Source of the DNA: a virus
Taxonomy: Duplodnaviria > Caudoviricetes
Virus record (IMG/VR): IMGVR_UViG_3300032040_000005
Span: 9,936-73,935 of that record
Length of the DNA: 64,000 nt
Strand: one strand, 5' to 3'
Of the stretch, positions 10,372-20,084 are shown piece after piece. The first letter of the stretch is position 1. The number at the start of each line of letters is the position of its first letter. Made by a program: the position numbers and the translations under genes. Below the pieces are notes generated by a model, which was given only the letters and a program-made list of their open reading frames with translations, did not search any database and had not been told where the DNA came from.

Positions 10372-12516
10372 TTAACTAACCTTATCAAAGAACGATTTAA
10401 TGTCTTTAGAACGTTCAGCATCACGTTTCAAGTTGTATTCGAGAACCTTAGTTCTACCTTGTGCTTCAGCTTGTTCACCTTGCTTTTCTAAATCACGTTC
10501 TTGCTTAACACCGGACTCTTGCTCTACGTAATCCAGGTTCTTCTGGTCTGTATCACTTTGCTTATTAGCCGCACTAGCTTGACTTGTTTCGGCATCAGCA
10601 TAGTTTTCAACAGTGCGTGATTTGATCTCTTCGATCTCAGCCATTAACTTTTGTACTTCAAGTTCCTGAAGCTTTTGTGCCATCGGATCTGGTTTAGGTT
10701 CAAAGGTTTCAATCTTATGAGCTAGTGTCGGCATCTTACGAAGTGTGCTGATCTCAGCAAGTATGATCTTACGCAACTCGGGATCTTCACTGGGGCCTAA
10801 CGTCTGCAACATGAATGCAAGTTCGCTGGCTTTCTTTTCATCTTCTTCTGCGGTGGATATAGTGATCTTCAGGTCATACTCACCTTTCAGCTCACCTTGC
10901 CTAATAGAAACAAACTCGTCGTTGGTAACACGGACTACTTGTTCTTCTTCCATGAACTCACTGTTCATTGAGATGAACTTCTTACCGATTTCAACAAGTC
11001 CCGCAGACAAACGACGAAGTATCCCCATCTCACGTTTAGAAGACGCTTCGAGTGCACCACGTACACCCGCCGCTACATCACCAAAGGACGCACCCGATAC
11101 ACCCTGGTCATAGGACTTCACACCGGTAAGGGATTCAGCTTCCTGGTTCTGTTGTTGCAGCATGTACATGGCGCTGTTGGGAATCTCAGGGAACGTATGC
11201 ATATACATACCCTGGCGGGGATCTACGTTTTGGTTGAACTCGTAATCCTGACCCTTTTTCCACCGGCGTTTGTTTACAACATCCAAAGCGTCTTTACGCA
11301 TACCCTGCTGACCATTAGCAGAGCGACCCATAATGTCGATCATGCCTCGGGTAACTGCGCCCAATACTTTCTGGTTCTCTTCCAGCAAGGCACCGTCAGG
11401 TTCGCCATGAATAGACTTGCGTTTAGGAAGGTAGGAAACAGTAATGAAAGGAATCTGTTGATCTGGGAAAGGGTTTTCTTCCATGCGGATAAGCGTGTCA
11501 CCTACCCAGGCTGCTACTATAGGCTTAACAACACCACTACCATCAATATCCCAAAATCCCCAATACTCATAAACGACAATCCTCTTACGGGCCTCATCGT
11601 TAAAACGAAAGCTACTGTCATCGTTTGATCCGTGATCTGGTTCTGCCAATGGTGAATGCGACGAAACATTGATCTTATCGAGGTTTGAATATTTTCCATC
11701 TTTCTCAAGCTCCGACATAGAAGATTCAAAGTTGTAAATCACAAACGCTGCTTTCTTAATGTCACCATTACAGGTCGGGTCGATAATTACATTGCGGTAG
11801 TCACACACTTCAACAAACGGTTGGTTCTTAACAGTACGAGTACGGGTTTCTTCTGCGTACCCTGTAATGTCAGGACGAACAGGCTGTCCATTTTCTAACG
11901 TAAGGTCATGAGCATCTCGGAGTTCTTCGGGGACATCGTTGTAATACTCGCTGGGGTTCTCTGCCTTCATCTGAGCCAGTTCTTTGTGCAATGCAGCAGC
12001 TTCTGGATCAACGACAAACGTTACCTGTGGAAATACATCGGTATACTCTTCTTCTTCAAAGTCCCAACCAGTACGGCAAATGATAGTGCCTTCGTCCACA
12101 CCGGTACGCACGTACTCATCAATGAATTTTACTTTATCAATGACAGTACGGAACTGGCTGTTCAACAGTACCTGGTTCTGCCTTGCCCCTTCCTTGTCTT
12201 CCCACGTAACAGGGGCGACATCAAATAGATCATCGGTACTGAGATACGGTTCTGACAACGCAGCGTATCGCCACTCTGCTTGTTTGCGAATCAACTTAGG
12301 AACAAGTTGTGAACGTCCCTCCGGTGATTTAACCTTCGCTGAACCTTCGATATTCAGATTGTCCAAATAGGTCTTTACCTTGGACACTTGAGTATCATGA
12401 TCATTACGTGCTTCTGTTAGGTCTGCTTTCAGATCACGTACTGTGGGTTCCTTCTTCCACTTAGTAAGAGGCTTGTGTTCAATACCATCATCAACCCGCT
12501 GATCATCTTCAGTCAT
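10372..12516 (-). CDS. Portal protein (N4 gp59-like)
   Basis: 714 aa; LTKWKKEPTVRDLK, PKLIRKQAEWRY and EAESLTGVKS motifs; C-terminal coiled coil. Confidence 0.9.
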   Translation of the reverse strand: MTEDDQRVDDGIEHKPLTKWKKEPTVRDLKADLTEARNDHDTQVSKVKTYLDNLNIEGSAKVKSPEGRSQLVPKLIRKQAEWRYAALSEPYLSTDDLFDVAPVTWEDKEGARQNQVLLNSQFRTVIDKVKFIDEYVRTGVDEGTIICRTGWDFEEEEYTDVFPQVTFVVDPEAAALHKELAQMKAENPSEYYNDVPEELRDAHDLTLENGQPVRPDITGYAEETRTRTVKNQPFVEVCDYRNVIIDPTCNGDIKKAAFVIYNFESSMSELEKDGKYSNLDKINVSSHSPLAEPDHGSNDDSSFRFNDEARKRIVVYEYWGFWDIDGSGVVKPIVAAWVGDTLIRMEENPFPDQQIPFITVSYLPKRKSIHGEPDGALLEENQKVLGAVTRGMIDIMGRSANGQQGMRKDALDVVNKRRWKKGQDYEFNQNVDPRQGMYMHTFPEIPNSAMYMLQQQNQEAESLTGVKSYDQGVSGASFGDVAAGVRGALEASSKREMGILRRLSAGLVEIGKKFISMNSEFMEEEQVVRVTNDEFVSIRQGELKGEYDLKITISTAEEDEKKASELAFMLQTLGPSEDPELRKIILAEISTLRKMPTLAHKIETFEPKPDPMAQKLQELEVQKLMAEIEEIKSRTVENYADAETSQASAANKQSDTDQKNLDYVEQESGVKQERDLEKQGEQAEAQGRTKVLEYNLKRDAERSKDIKSFFDKVS

Positions 12517-12582
12517 TAAGAATAGTCCCTATGTCATGTACAATTGTGTATATGGTAAGTAAATAAAATAAGGAGTGTTGAA

Positions 12583-13011
12583 ATGAATATCGTACCCATG
12601 CACAAAGATTTTAAGTTACCCACTAAGTCGTCCACCAAAGCAGGGGCGTATGATTTGTATATGCCTGATGGCGGTAAACTCTATAACCAGGCACCCAATG
12701 GTATGATGTGTGGGCTAGGCTTTGCAGCGGCGGTTCCTGATGGACATGTAGCACTGTTGTTACCGCGATCAGGTAAAGGTGCTAAAGATGGTTTATCTTT
12801 GAATAATACGGCGGGTGTTATTGACCCTGATTACACGGGCGAATGGGTTGTGTACCTTCGTAACCGTAATATGCGACCCTTTACATGGGAAGCAGGTGAA
12901 CGATTGATCCAGATGCTCATTGTTAAAACAGAAGAAGTGGACTTCAACATCGTTGATAGTCTTAACCCAACCGAACGCGGCCAAGGCGGCTTTGGTTCAA
13001 CAGGAGAGTAA
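12583..13011 (+). CDS. dut: Trimeric dUTPase
   Basis: AGAYDL, PRSG, GVIDPDYTGE, ERLIQ and RGQGGFGSTG motifs. Confidence 0.95.
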   Translation: MNIVPMHKDFKLPTKSSTKAGAYDLYMPDGGKLYNQAPNGMMCGLGFAAAVPDGHVALLLPRSGKGAKDGLSLNNTAGVIDPDYTGEWVVYLRNRNMRPFTWEAGERLIQMLIVKTEEVDFNIVDSLNPTERGQGGFGSTGE

Positions 13012-13013
13012 GT

Positions 13014-13250
13014 ATGGAAGGTTTTACAGAGTACGAAAGCAAACCCGTTACACGTACGGCTTATCGGGTTAAGCCTAATGACACTATATTCTTTAATAGG
13101 GATTCTACTTTCACAATTGATGTGGGAGGTGGGCTGGTCACCTTCAAGGCACATGAAAACGTATTCCCAGGGGATTTCATCATCTATCTATCAGATGATG
13201 ACATTTACCATTGCCGTGAAGCCGTTTTCCTAGACAGGAACTTTGTGTAA
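13014..13250 (+). CDS. Hypothetical protein
   Basis: 78 aa ORF coupled to dut. Confidence 0.55.
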   Translation: MEGFTEYESKPVTRTAYRVKPNDTIFFNRDSTFTIDVGGGLVTFKAHENVFPGDFIIYLSDDDIYHCREAVFLDRNFV

Positions 13251-13251
13251 T

Positions 13252-13281
13252 ACGGGGTGGCCCCGCTAGGGGCCGTCCCGT
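13252..13281. terminator. Hairpin between convergent genes
   Basis: GGCCCC-GCTA-GGGGCC core stem (13259-13274) with outer ACGGG/CCCGT pairing. No long U tract. Confidence 0.5.
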
Positions 13282-13282
13282 A

Positions 13283-13936
13283 TTACACCCAACCACGTTC
13301 ACTGAAACGATCCACAGTCTCAGTCTGATCTATCCCATACCCTGCCTGCTCCAACTTCTGACACGCCAGCTCGTACTTGGAGGCGTAGTTGTTGCCTGTG
13401 TGGAACGCACTCTCCATACCTACTGGGTTCAACACACGACTGGCCATGTACATAATCAATGGCTCCAGGTGCGTGTACGGCAGATCCACCTCAACCTGTT
13501 GTGGCAACTTGTACTTATTCATGGAACCAAGAAGTGCATGGTTCGCACGGTAGAACACCTGTAGCACCGGTGATTCGAGATCCCCATACAACGTGACGGG
13601 CACATCGAGCGTCCTGTAATCAGGCGTGTGCAGCGACTCAGGCTCATTGAGGACGTTTATCACATACTCGTTATCCGTCAGGTCACGTACTGACTCGATA
13701 CGCAGCAGGTCTTCTGCCTCGATACGGTAGCTCCGCTGACCCTCTACCAAGTTCAGGACTGTCATACGCTCTTTCAGGTGAAACCGTGTGTGCAGTGCTG
13801 TGAGGCCCATATTCGCGTGGGTTATCAGCATGCCCTTGCGGCTCTCATCCAAAGGCTCACCATTACTGGTATCACCCATGTAGACGGTACGCAGTTCACC
13901 ATGACTCAGTTGGTCAATAACATTCTGTAGATTCAT
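13283..13936 (-). CDS. Head-tail adaptor-like virion protein (N4 gp67-like)
   Basis: 217 aa, LTALHTRFHLKE and C-terminal RFSERGWV; immediately downstream of TerL. Confidence 0.7.
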   Translation of the reverse strand: MNLQNVIDQLSHGELRTVYMGDTSNGEPLDESRKGMLITHANMGLTALHTRFHLKERMTVLNLVEGQRSYRIEAEDLLRIESVRDLTDNEYVINVLNEPESLHTPDYRTLDVPVTLYGDLESPVLQVFYRANHALLGSMNKYKLPQQVEVDLPYTHLEPLIMYMASRVLNPVGMESAFHTGNNYASKYELACQKLEQAGYGIDQTETVDRFSERGWV

Positions 13937-13950
13937 AACGGTTTCCTTTA

Positions 13951-16900
13951 TTAAACAATGTAAGAGGACATGCGGGAATCTTCTTCCTCGTCATCATCCA
14001 CTTCCCATAAACCACTTCCATCGCGGTCTGACAGGTCGCCTGTCTCAGTAGGCTTCCACGCTGTTAGTAGAGGCAACATACTGATTGTGTCTATAAAGTC
14101 ATCGTGTTTGGATCGGAAACCCCCTTTGGACGCCAGCGATATTTCGTTCATGCATTCAATCAGTTCAGGAGAAGCTTTTTTCTCGATAGGGAAAAAGATC
14201 TTGTTCATCTTGAATTGCGGAACAATCACGTTGAAGCGTTCCAGCTTATTGGTGGTGGGACGTAACCCAGGCTTACCGTTGTTGTTCTCGGACACCAGCG
14301 GGAAGTACACGTTGCGACGCATCATTTCATTCATGATCCAGGGTATGAAACCGCCCTGCTGACCACTGACCTCAATACCCACACCCTGGGGCCGGTACTC
14401 CTGAGCCAGTCTGAACAGATCGTTCACGTTCTTGTCCATAAGCTGGCGCTTACAGATCCCATCTACCCACAACCAGTCACCGTTGTTGTTGTAGGCCCAC
14501 ACACTGATCACAGAGTAATCCGACTTCTCGGACTCACTGGTTGCAAAGTCGGTGGTGATGTAGAAGTTGAAGACATTCTTGTTGTTCAGGATGTTGCGGA
14601 GTGAGTACCACATGATCTCGCTGTCTTGAACCAGTCGATCCTCTTCCGACATGATCCGCAGCATAAGCTCCTGGTTAAAGGTCTCAACGCTGCCCTCAAG
14701 CACCGCCATGTCATACGCGGCCTTCACATACTCGTAAGGGAAACGGTCTGGCCAGCTACCCCGGAACTCTTCCTTGGTGCAGGGGAACTGCTCACACACG
14801 GGAAACACGTTGACCTGCCAGGCACCGGACTCAACCGCTTTGTACAACGGATCTTTCGCGTTGAACGCCGTACCGGACCAGATGATCATGTTCAGCGTGG
14901 GATGCAGTGCGTAGGTCACCGCTTTCTTAACCGTGTCCTCTACGGCACCTATGACCGTTGCAGAGCGTGCATCTTCATCCGATATTAAGTCATCCAGCAC
15001 CGCTAACCCTGGCCGTATGCCCATCTCTTTGGCACCACGTACACCGGTATTGTGGGTACGGAAGTATTCCCCGGTAAGGAACTGACGCTCTTCATTATCT
15101 ACCGCAATACACTGACTGGGTTCATCAGCAATGCGTGTGATTGACGCAACCGCTACTTTGTCACCTTTACGATCAAAGCGTTGTCTATCACGCTTACGGG
15201 GTAGACGGAACATGTCTTCATTAAGCCATATCTCCGTACAGAAAGGCTTTTTACACCGTTGTGCGGTGGCACCGAGAGAACGTACTAGACGTTCCGTATC
15301 TGCAAGGAGTCGTGGTGACACACTACAGAAATTGGTGCGACCTGATTTGCATACGGTCCCATCCGTATCCATAAGCCCTTGAAGCAACGCCTGGCGTTGC
15401 TCAATGGAACCACGAAAGTAGACTTCGGGAATGAACTTATCGTTACCGTGTACACCCAGATCCATTGCCTTGAGTGCTGGGCCTAGTCTTCGGATGGATT
15501 GTGTCCACGTATTCGGATTACGCGTGTCAAACCGGCCCTTACCAAACTCGTAAGGGATGTGTTGCTGGTAGGTCGGCAGGTCGTCGATGTGGGTTGTTAA
15601 TTCAACCGAGCATGAAGGCTTCTGAATACGACCGTCGCCAAGAACCACGCCCAATGTATAAGGATCAACTGGTAGCACTTTTTCCGTGTAGTCCAGTGGC
15701 TGAGCATTCTTGACAAAGACCAGACTCTTGCTGGATGTACCACGGTGGCCCAAGTTACCTTTTTTAGTGTGGATCAGTGGTTGCTGTAACAACTCCTTGG
15801 TGGTGAGATTCTTATCTTCCCACCGTACAGTGTTATTGGGATTGGTATTGATCACTACCGAATTGATATGATCTTCGCTGACTTTGATCGAGCGACCATC
15901 TACCAACCGCAGTTCGTACATTGGTTTAAGGAATACACCACTCTTTTGCGTGATTGAGGTTAGTTCACCATCCGCACCAAATATCCGATCACCCACCTGA
16001 CACTCGCCTATCGTGGTAGTACCCATATCGGTGTACAGGACACTATCCAACGATAGAGCTTTTGCTCCGTACCCTTTTACAATGAAGACTTGCCCATCAC
16101 GGTTACGGAACTCCCAACGGGTGTCCGTGAACTTGATCACAGGCAGGTACCTCATCAAGAACTCAGAGTTGTCCCTACGGAACTCCAGGTTCTTACGCAT
16201 GTTCTTCACGCCGTTCTCAATGGAGTCTGACACGTAGATAGCCAGCCGTACTTTACCGAAGCCAGGTATCAAGCTGTACACCGCTATAAACAGGAACAGG
16301 TACTCACCCATGACCGTTGTGTTGTGTGTCACTACGTACTCACCCGCTAAGAACGTATACCCAGGCGAGTTAACGGACAGGCACTGACTCGGTACTTGAG
16401 CGATTGGCTCAATAGCCACCAAGGGCACCCGTAACCCACAACTGAAGTGTTGGCGCTCAGCCTTTCTGGGCAAGCGGAACAACGGTAAGTTCAGGCGTAC
16501 GTTACACCGGTAGGCGTCATTCATAGGGACAACCTGAGCTGTACCACCCAAGGAAAGAACTAGCTCACGCACATCCATCGCTAGGCGATACGAGTTAGAT
16601 GTAAACGCACAACACCCATTCTTATATACCGTACCATCCGTATCCATGAGACCTTGCAAGACTGCAAGACGCTGCTCGACAGAACCTAGCTTATATATCT
16701 CTGGTACGAATTTTTGGTTACCATGGCAAGCCAAGCCTAATGTCTTGAAGTGCTTACCTAGTCCCAGCAGCCCAACCCGCCCAACAGAAGGAAAGCGCTT
16801 GTCCAACAAGATCTTTCCACATTCGGTTGGAATGTGTTTGATCAAATGAGGTAGGTCATCAACATGCCCATGTAGACGGCAAGACCCCACCTTTCGATCC

Positions 16901-17595
16901 ATAGAACCATCGCCAACAGCGAGGCCCAAGGTATAGGGGTCAATTGGAAGCACCTTTTCTGGGTAGTCGACCGGCCCAGCCAAAGGAATCCAGACACGAT
17001 TCTCTTTACCCTTTGGATTCTTAGCGGTTTTGTTCCGACTTGTCGTCAGCTTGAGCTTCAGTAACTCGGACGTTGTCAGATCTCGGCGATCCAGGTAATT
17101 GACTCTTTTTCCTGCCACGCGCTTCTGGCGCTGATGGATCACGGTATTGATATGATCTTCGCTGACCTTCAGCATACGCCCGTCTTCAAGAACCAATTGG
17201 TACATAGGCTTGTTGAAAACAACACTCTTGGCTGTCACATCGGCGGGCGCACCATCCTCACCAAAGACTTGTTCGCCCACTTGAATATTTGCAACCGATT
17301 TCCAACCAGCAGGCGTCGGCAGCATTGTGTCCCGGGCTAGTGCCTTCGCCATGCCACGGTGGCACAGGTTCGCAATCCGTGTACCGCCCTGGTACAGCGT
17401 ATCGAGCATGTAGTAATGAACCACCGGTGTAAGGTGTTCCTCACCTTCGGAACCGTTCACCAACTTAATGAACGTCACAAACTCCAATGCGAAGTCACTG
17501 GGTACATACCCTGGATTGACTTCATAACTCACAGCATTCAGGTAATCCTCTACCCCCATAATACTCTTGAACGCATCCGCTACCGGATCAGTCAT
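13951..17595 (-). CDS. terL: Terminase large subunit (N4 gp68-like) with two inteins; ~536 aa after splicing
   Basis: Removing the inteins restores HRGMAK|TT (Walker A) and GYGAK|TGVRG. Also LAVLDD (Walker B), a nuclease TTDFA motif and HDDFID. Confidence 0.93.
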   Translation of the reverse strand: MTDPVADAFKSIMGVEDYLNAVSYEVNPGYVPSDFALEFVTFIKLVNGSEGEEHLTPVVHYYMLDTLYQGGTRIANLCHRGMAKALARDTMLPTPAGWKSVANIQVGEQVFGEDGAPADVTAKSVVFNKPMYQLVLEDGRMLKVSEDHINTVIHQRQKRVAGKRVNYLDRRDLTTSELLKLKLTTSRNKTAKNPKGKENRVWIPLAGPVDYPEKVLPIDPYTLGLAVGDGSMDRKVGSCRLHGHVDDLPHLIKHIPTECGKILLDKRFPSVGRVGLLGLGKHFKTLGLACHGNQKFVPEIYKLGSVEQRLAVLQGLMDTDGTVYKNGCCAFTSNSYRLAMDVRELVLSLGGTAQVVPMNDAYRCNVRLNLPLFRLPRKAERQHFSCGLRVPLVAIEPIAQVPSQCLSVNSPGYTFLAGEYVVTHNTTVMGEYLFLFIAVYSLIPGFGKVRLAIYVSDSIENGVKNMRKNLEFRRDNSEFLMRYLPVIKFTDTRWEFRNRDGQVFIVKGYGAKALSLDSVLYTDMGTTTIGECQVGDRIFGADGELTSITQKSGVFLKPMYELRLVDGRSIKVSEDHINSVVINTNPNNTVRWEDKNLTTKELLQQPLIHTKKGNLGHRGTSSKSLVFVKNAQPLDYTEKVLPVDPYTLGVVLGDGRIQKPSCSVELTTHIDDLPTYQQHIPYEFGKGRFDTRNPNTWTQSIRRLGPALKAMDLGVHGNDKFIPEVYFRGSIEQRQALLQGLMDTDGTVCKSGRTNFCSVSPRLLADTERLVRSLGATAQRCKKPFCTEIWLNEDMFRLPRKRDRQRFDRKGDKVAVASITRIADEPSQCIAVDNEERQFLTGEYFRTHNTGVRGAKEMGIRPGLAVLDDLISDEDARSATVIGAVEDTVKKAVTYALHPTLNMIIWSGTAFNAKDPLYKAVESGAWQVNVFPVCEQFPCTKEEFRGSWPDRFPYEYVKAAYDMAVLEGSVETFNQELMLRIMSEEDRLVQDSEIMWYSLRNILNNKNVFNFYITTDFATSESEKSDYSVISVWAYNNNGDWLWVDGICKRQLMDKNVNDLFRLAQEYRPQGVGIEVSGQQGGFIPWIMNEMMRRNVYFPLVSENNNGKPGLRPTTNKLERFNVIVPQFKMNKIFFPIEKKASPELIECMNEISLASKGGFRSKHDDFIDTISMLPLLTAWKPTETGDLSDRDGSGLWEVDDDEEEDSRMSSYIV
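15049..16059 (-). mobile_element. Intein 2 (337 aa) with LAGLIDADG endonuclease
   Basis: Begins ALSLD, VSEDHIN, LGVVLGDG and LQGLMDTDG helices, PSQCIAV, ends RTHN before Thr. Confidence 0.9.
16321..17343 (-). mobile_element. Intein 1 (341 aa) with LAGLIDADG endonuclease, inserted in TerL Walker A
   Basis: Begins ALARD, block B VSEDHIN, LGLAVGDG and LQGLMDTDG helices, block F PSQCLSV, ends VTHN before Thr. Confidence 0.9.
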
Positions 17596-17855
17596 ACGAT
17601 CACACCGCGTAAATGGAATGAAGAACCGTTTTGGACGCCATAACCTTTAAGAGGGTGCAACTGCATCATTAGACGTTTTAGCATTACTGCGTCTACAGCA
17701 GGTTGCACGTTCACATGAATAGGTCTTTTGCCTTCCCACTTAGGTTGAGGGAATACGTTGTAATGTAAGTTACCCCTAGTGACATTACTGCGTGACCGAA
17801 CTTTCCCGCTTTCGTATGTCAGAGTGTACGTGTAGGTCTGTTCTTCAGCACTCAT
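17592..17855 (-). CDS. Hypothetical protein
   Basis: 87 aa, overlaps both neighbours by 4 bp (coupled translation). Confidence 0.55.
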   Translation of the reverse strand: MSAEEQTYTYTLTYESGKVRSRSNVTRGNLHYNVFPQPKWEGKRPIHVNVQPAVDAVMLKRLMMQLHPLKGYGVQNGSSFHLRGVIV

Positions 17856-18556
17856 ACAGACTCTCCGGTTTCATTATCGTAAGTGATCTTTGCATGGGCT
17901 GCTTCTTGAGCCGTTAACTGCCCTGCCTGGATTTGTGTGCGTAGTTGTTCCGTTAATGCGGATGTAGCATCACGCAATGCAGAGATAGAACTGTCTTCAT
18001 TCGTGGCTACTGATAACTCGACCTTCTGGCTCTCAGGCATCTTCAGGTGAGTCATTATGGAGTTGGCCGCATCACTCCGGACCTTTTCACTGTTCGCATG
18101 TTGCATTAGATCAACTTGAGTATTAATCGCCTTCTGGAAGTTATCCTGGTTCAGTATCCAACTGGGCACCAGCGACTGCTCCATGATGAGCGTGACCATC
18201 TTCGACTTGTTATACGCCGTTACATAGCTCGCCATATCCTTTGGCAATACCTTACGCACAGTCCAATCAGCAATCTTATCGGGGAAGGTGACCGTAAACG
18301 CCGCCATGTTCGTCCTACCCATTAACTTCTGGCTAACGTACTTAACGGCATCAATGTAGTTGGTAAGCCTGAACTTACCGTCCTGCATCACGTGCGTATA
18401 CGACATCAGGTTCTCTCGGTACACCTCATGCATATCTGGGTCATGCAACAACACGTTCATTTTATCAATCAGTTCTTTGTTAACTGACTTCTTCAATCGT
18501 GCGGGAAGTGCTTCTTTAAATTGCTCAACCGATAACGCGCTCATACGCTTCCTCAA
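17852..18556 (-). CDS. N4 gp69-like protein (candidate terminase small subunit)
   Basis: YIDAVKYVS, AYNKSKMV and SEKVRSDAANSIMTHLK motifs; upstream of TerL. Confidence 0.7.
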   Translation of the reverse strand: MRKRMSALSVEQFKEALPARLKKSVNKELIDKMNVLLHDPDMHEVYRENLMSYTHVMQDGKFRLTNYIDAVKYVSQKLMGRTNMAAFTVTFPDKIADWTVRKVLPKDMASYVTAYNKSKMVTLIMEQSLVPSWILNQDNFQKAINTQVDLMQHANSEKVRSDAANSIMTHLKMPESQKVELSVATNEDSSISALRDATSALTEQLRTQIQAGQLTAQEAAHAKITYDNETGESV

Positions 18557-18657
18557 GTAGTAATAGAGTATCGGCTGACTATAGAGAAGTTATTTATTAA
18601 ATGCTGACAAAAAAGAACCCCGCATATAGCGAGGTCTTTCAATACCGAACCAGTTAA

Positions 18658-19113
18658 TTAATAAGGTGCCATGTTGTACGGGCGAATATCCAACGTCCAA
18701 CTGTTGTGTCGATCCATGAGTTCCATTACACGCTTGAACGCTTTACGTGAGTTCATCACCGATGGAACATACTCACCGGACCTATTCTGTGTAATCTTAT
18801 AATCAAGACCCACACCGATACATCCTGCAAGATCACCCATCCAATTAGCGGGATGAACCATAATGAATGTTCGACCAGGCACGTCTGTTACTTCCCAACC
18901 TTCTGGGAACTCACCACCACTGGTTCGCTGTACTACAGGTGAATGTCGTTTAGTAAGTTCATACACACCGTCTGGAATACACGAAACATAGGTTTCATTG
19001 TCTAACCAGGGTCTTTCAATGGTGTAGAACTTCTCGTAGGTAGGAAACTCCAATACACCAAAGGTTCCCCAGGGTGTAAATGCATTGCGGTCTAAACGTA
19101 GGTTGTTACTCAT
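18658..19113 (-). CDS. DUF5675-like protein, putative L,D-peptidase-fold endolysin
   Basis: GTFG...TIERPW...SCIPDGVY...IMVHPAN...GCIGVG pattern with a His/Cys pair. MSNN start chosen. Confidence 0.6.
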   Translation of the reverse strand: MSNNLRLDRNAFTPWGTFGVLEFPTYEKFYTIERPWLDNETYVSCIPDGVYELTKRHSPVVQRTSGGEFPEGWEVTDVPGRTFIMVHPANWMGDLAGCIGVGLDYKITQNRSGEYVPSVMNSRKAFKRVMELMDRHNSWTLDIRPYNMAPY

Positions 19114-19334
19114 GACTCCCTCAATATTAAGAACAAAGAGAGTTATATATACCAACCTAATAACAGAAGTTCTTATTATTATTTTTCATAAGGTCAAAAA
19201 TATAAAAATAATATTTTGAAACTTTTTACAGAAAAACATAATTGGGTATAGGTGTAGGACTGTCAGGTACGGAACTACTAAACCAAACCACCCCCCGTAC
19301 CTACTACTCCTACACACTATGGACACCACCCACC

Positions 19335-19352
19335 GCTGTCGCGAGACCAGTG
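19335..19352 (+). promoter_or_regulatory. Early repeated motif copy 1 (GCTGTCGC-sAnAnCArT)
   Basis: One of four aligned copies; lies upstream of the first early ORF. Confidence 0.55.
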
Positions 19353-19385
19353 GATATATCCCTATTACTACCGGAGTACATCACC

Positions 19386-19574
19386 ATGTTCAAAGCAATG
19401 GCCCAGCTATGGTCAGCACTCGCAGTCCTCTTCGGTGCAGTGGAGCGCTTAGCCTCCGCAACAGATCACCTCGCAGCATACGCAGAGGAATCAGCAGAAG
19501 GTTGGACCACAACCGCCAGAGTCGAACGACGCAAAGCCTTAGCTATCCTCGAAGCAGAGGATGCACCAGCCTAA
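19386..19574 (+). CDS. First early protein (small, helical)
   Basis: MFKAMAQLWSALAVLFGAVERLA...; internal ATG of the listed 19242 ORF. Confidence 0.6.
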   Translation: MFKAMAQLWSALAVLFGAVERLASATDHLAAYAEESAEGWTTTARVERRKALAILEAEDAPA

Positions 19575-19731
19575 CTACCAGCCTACTCCTAACGGAGTGG
19601 GCTTAGTTCTTCTACACAAGTAAACCTCTACACACTACACACACTACCTAGAGTCAGTGAGGGTGTGGGAGAGATAGATAACCTAGTAAAGAGTCAGTGT
19701 ACTTAGTTCAACTAAGACACAGTAAATGCAG

Positions 19732-19755
19732 ATACGCTCCGCGTATGATTGTGAA
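19732..19755 (+). promoter_or_regulatory. vRNAP-type hairpin promoter (6-bp stem, TCC loop = template GGA)
   Basis: ATACGC-TCC-GCGTAT-GAT-TGTGAA; same architecture as N4 vRNAP promoters. Confidence 0.7.
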
Positions 19756-19786
19756 CTCTGAATAGTACACACACTAGGAGCTACCT

Positions 19787-20008
19787 ATGTCAGCACCACT
19801 GAAACTATGGATACCTACACGTATCAACATGTATGAAGAGTTCCCTGCACTGCATACTTACTTAACAACAGCTAAGAACGATAGTTATATAGGTGAGGAT
19901 AGTGAGGGAGATCTTAGTAGATGTAGTTCTAAATCTAATTTAGTTGGTTTAGTTTCTAAATCCGATACACCATCAACATCAAATGTCATTCCGATATTCA
20001 ACCGATAG
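19787..20008 (+). CDS. Hypothetical early protein
   Basis: 73 aa with an AGGAG RBS. Confidence 0.5.
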   Translation: MSAPLKLWIPTRINMYEEFPALHTYLTTAKNDSYIGEDSEGDLSRCSSKSNLVGLVSKSDTPSTSNVIPIFNR

Positions 20009-20084
20009 GCTAACCACATGATCAACCAACTTAAACTAACCAGTTGATGGTGAACTCGACAAAGATAAAGAGTTACAAGTATCA

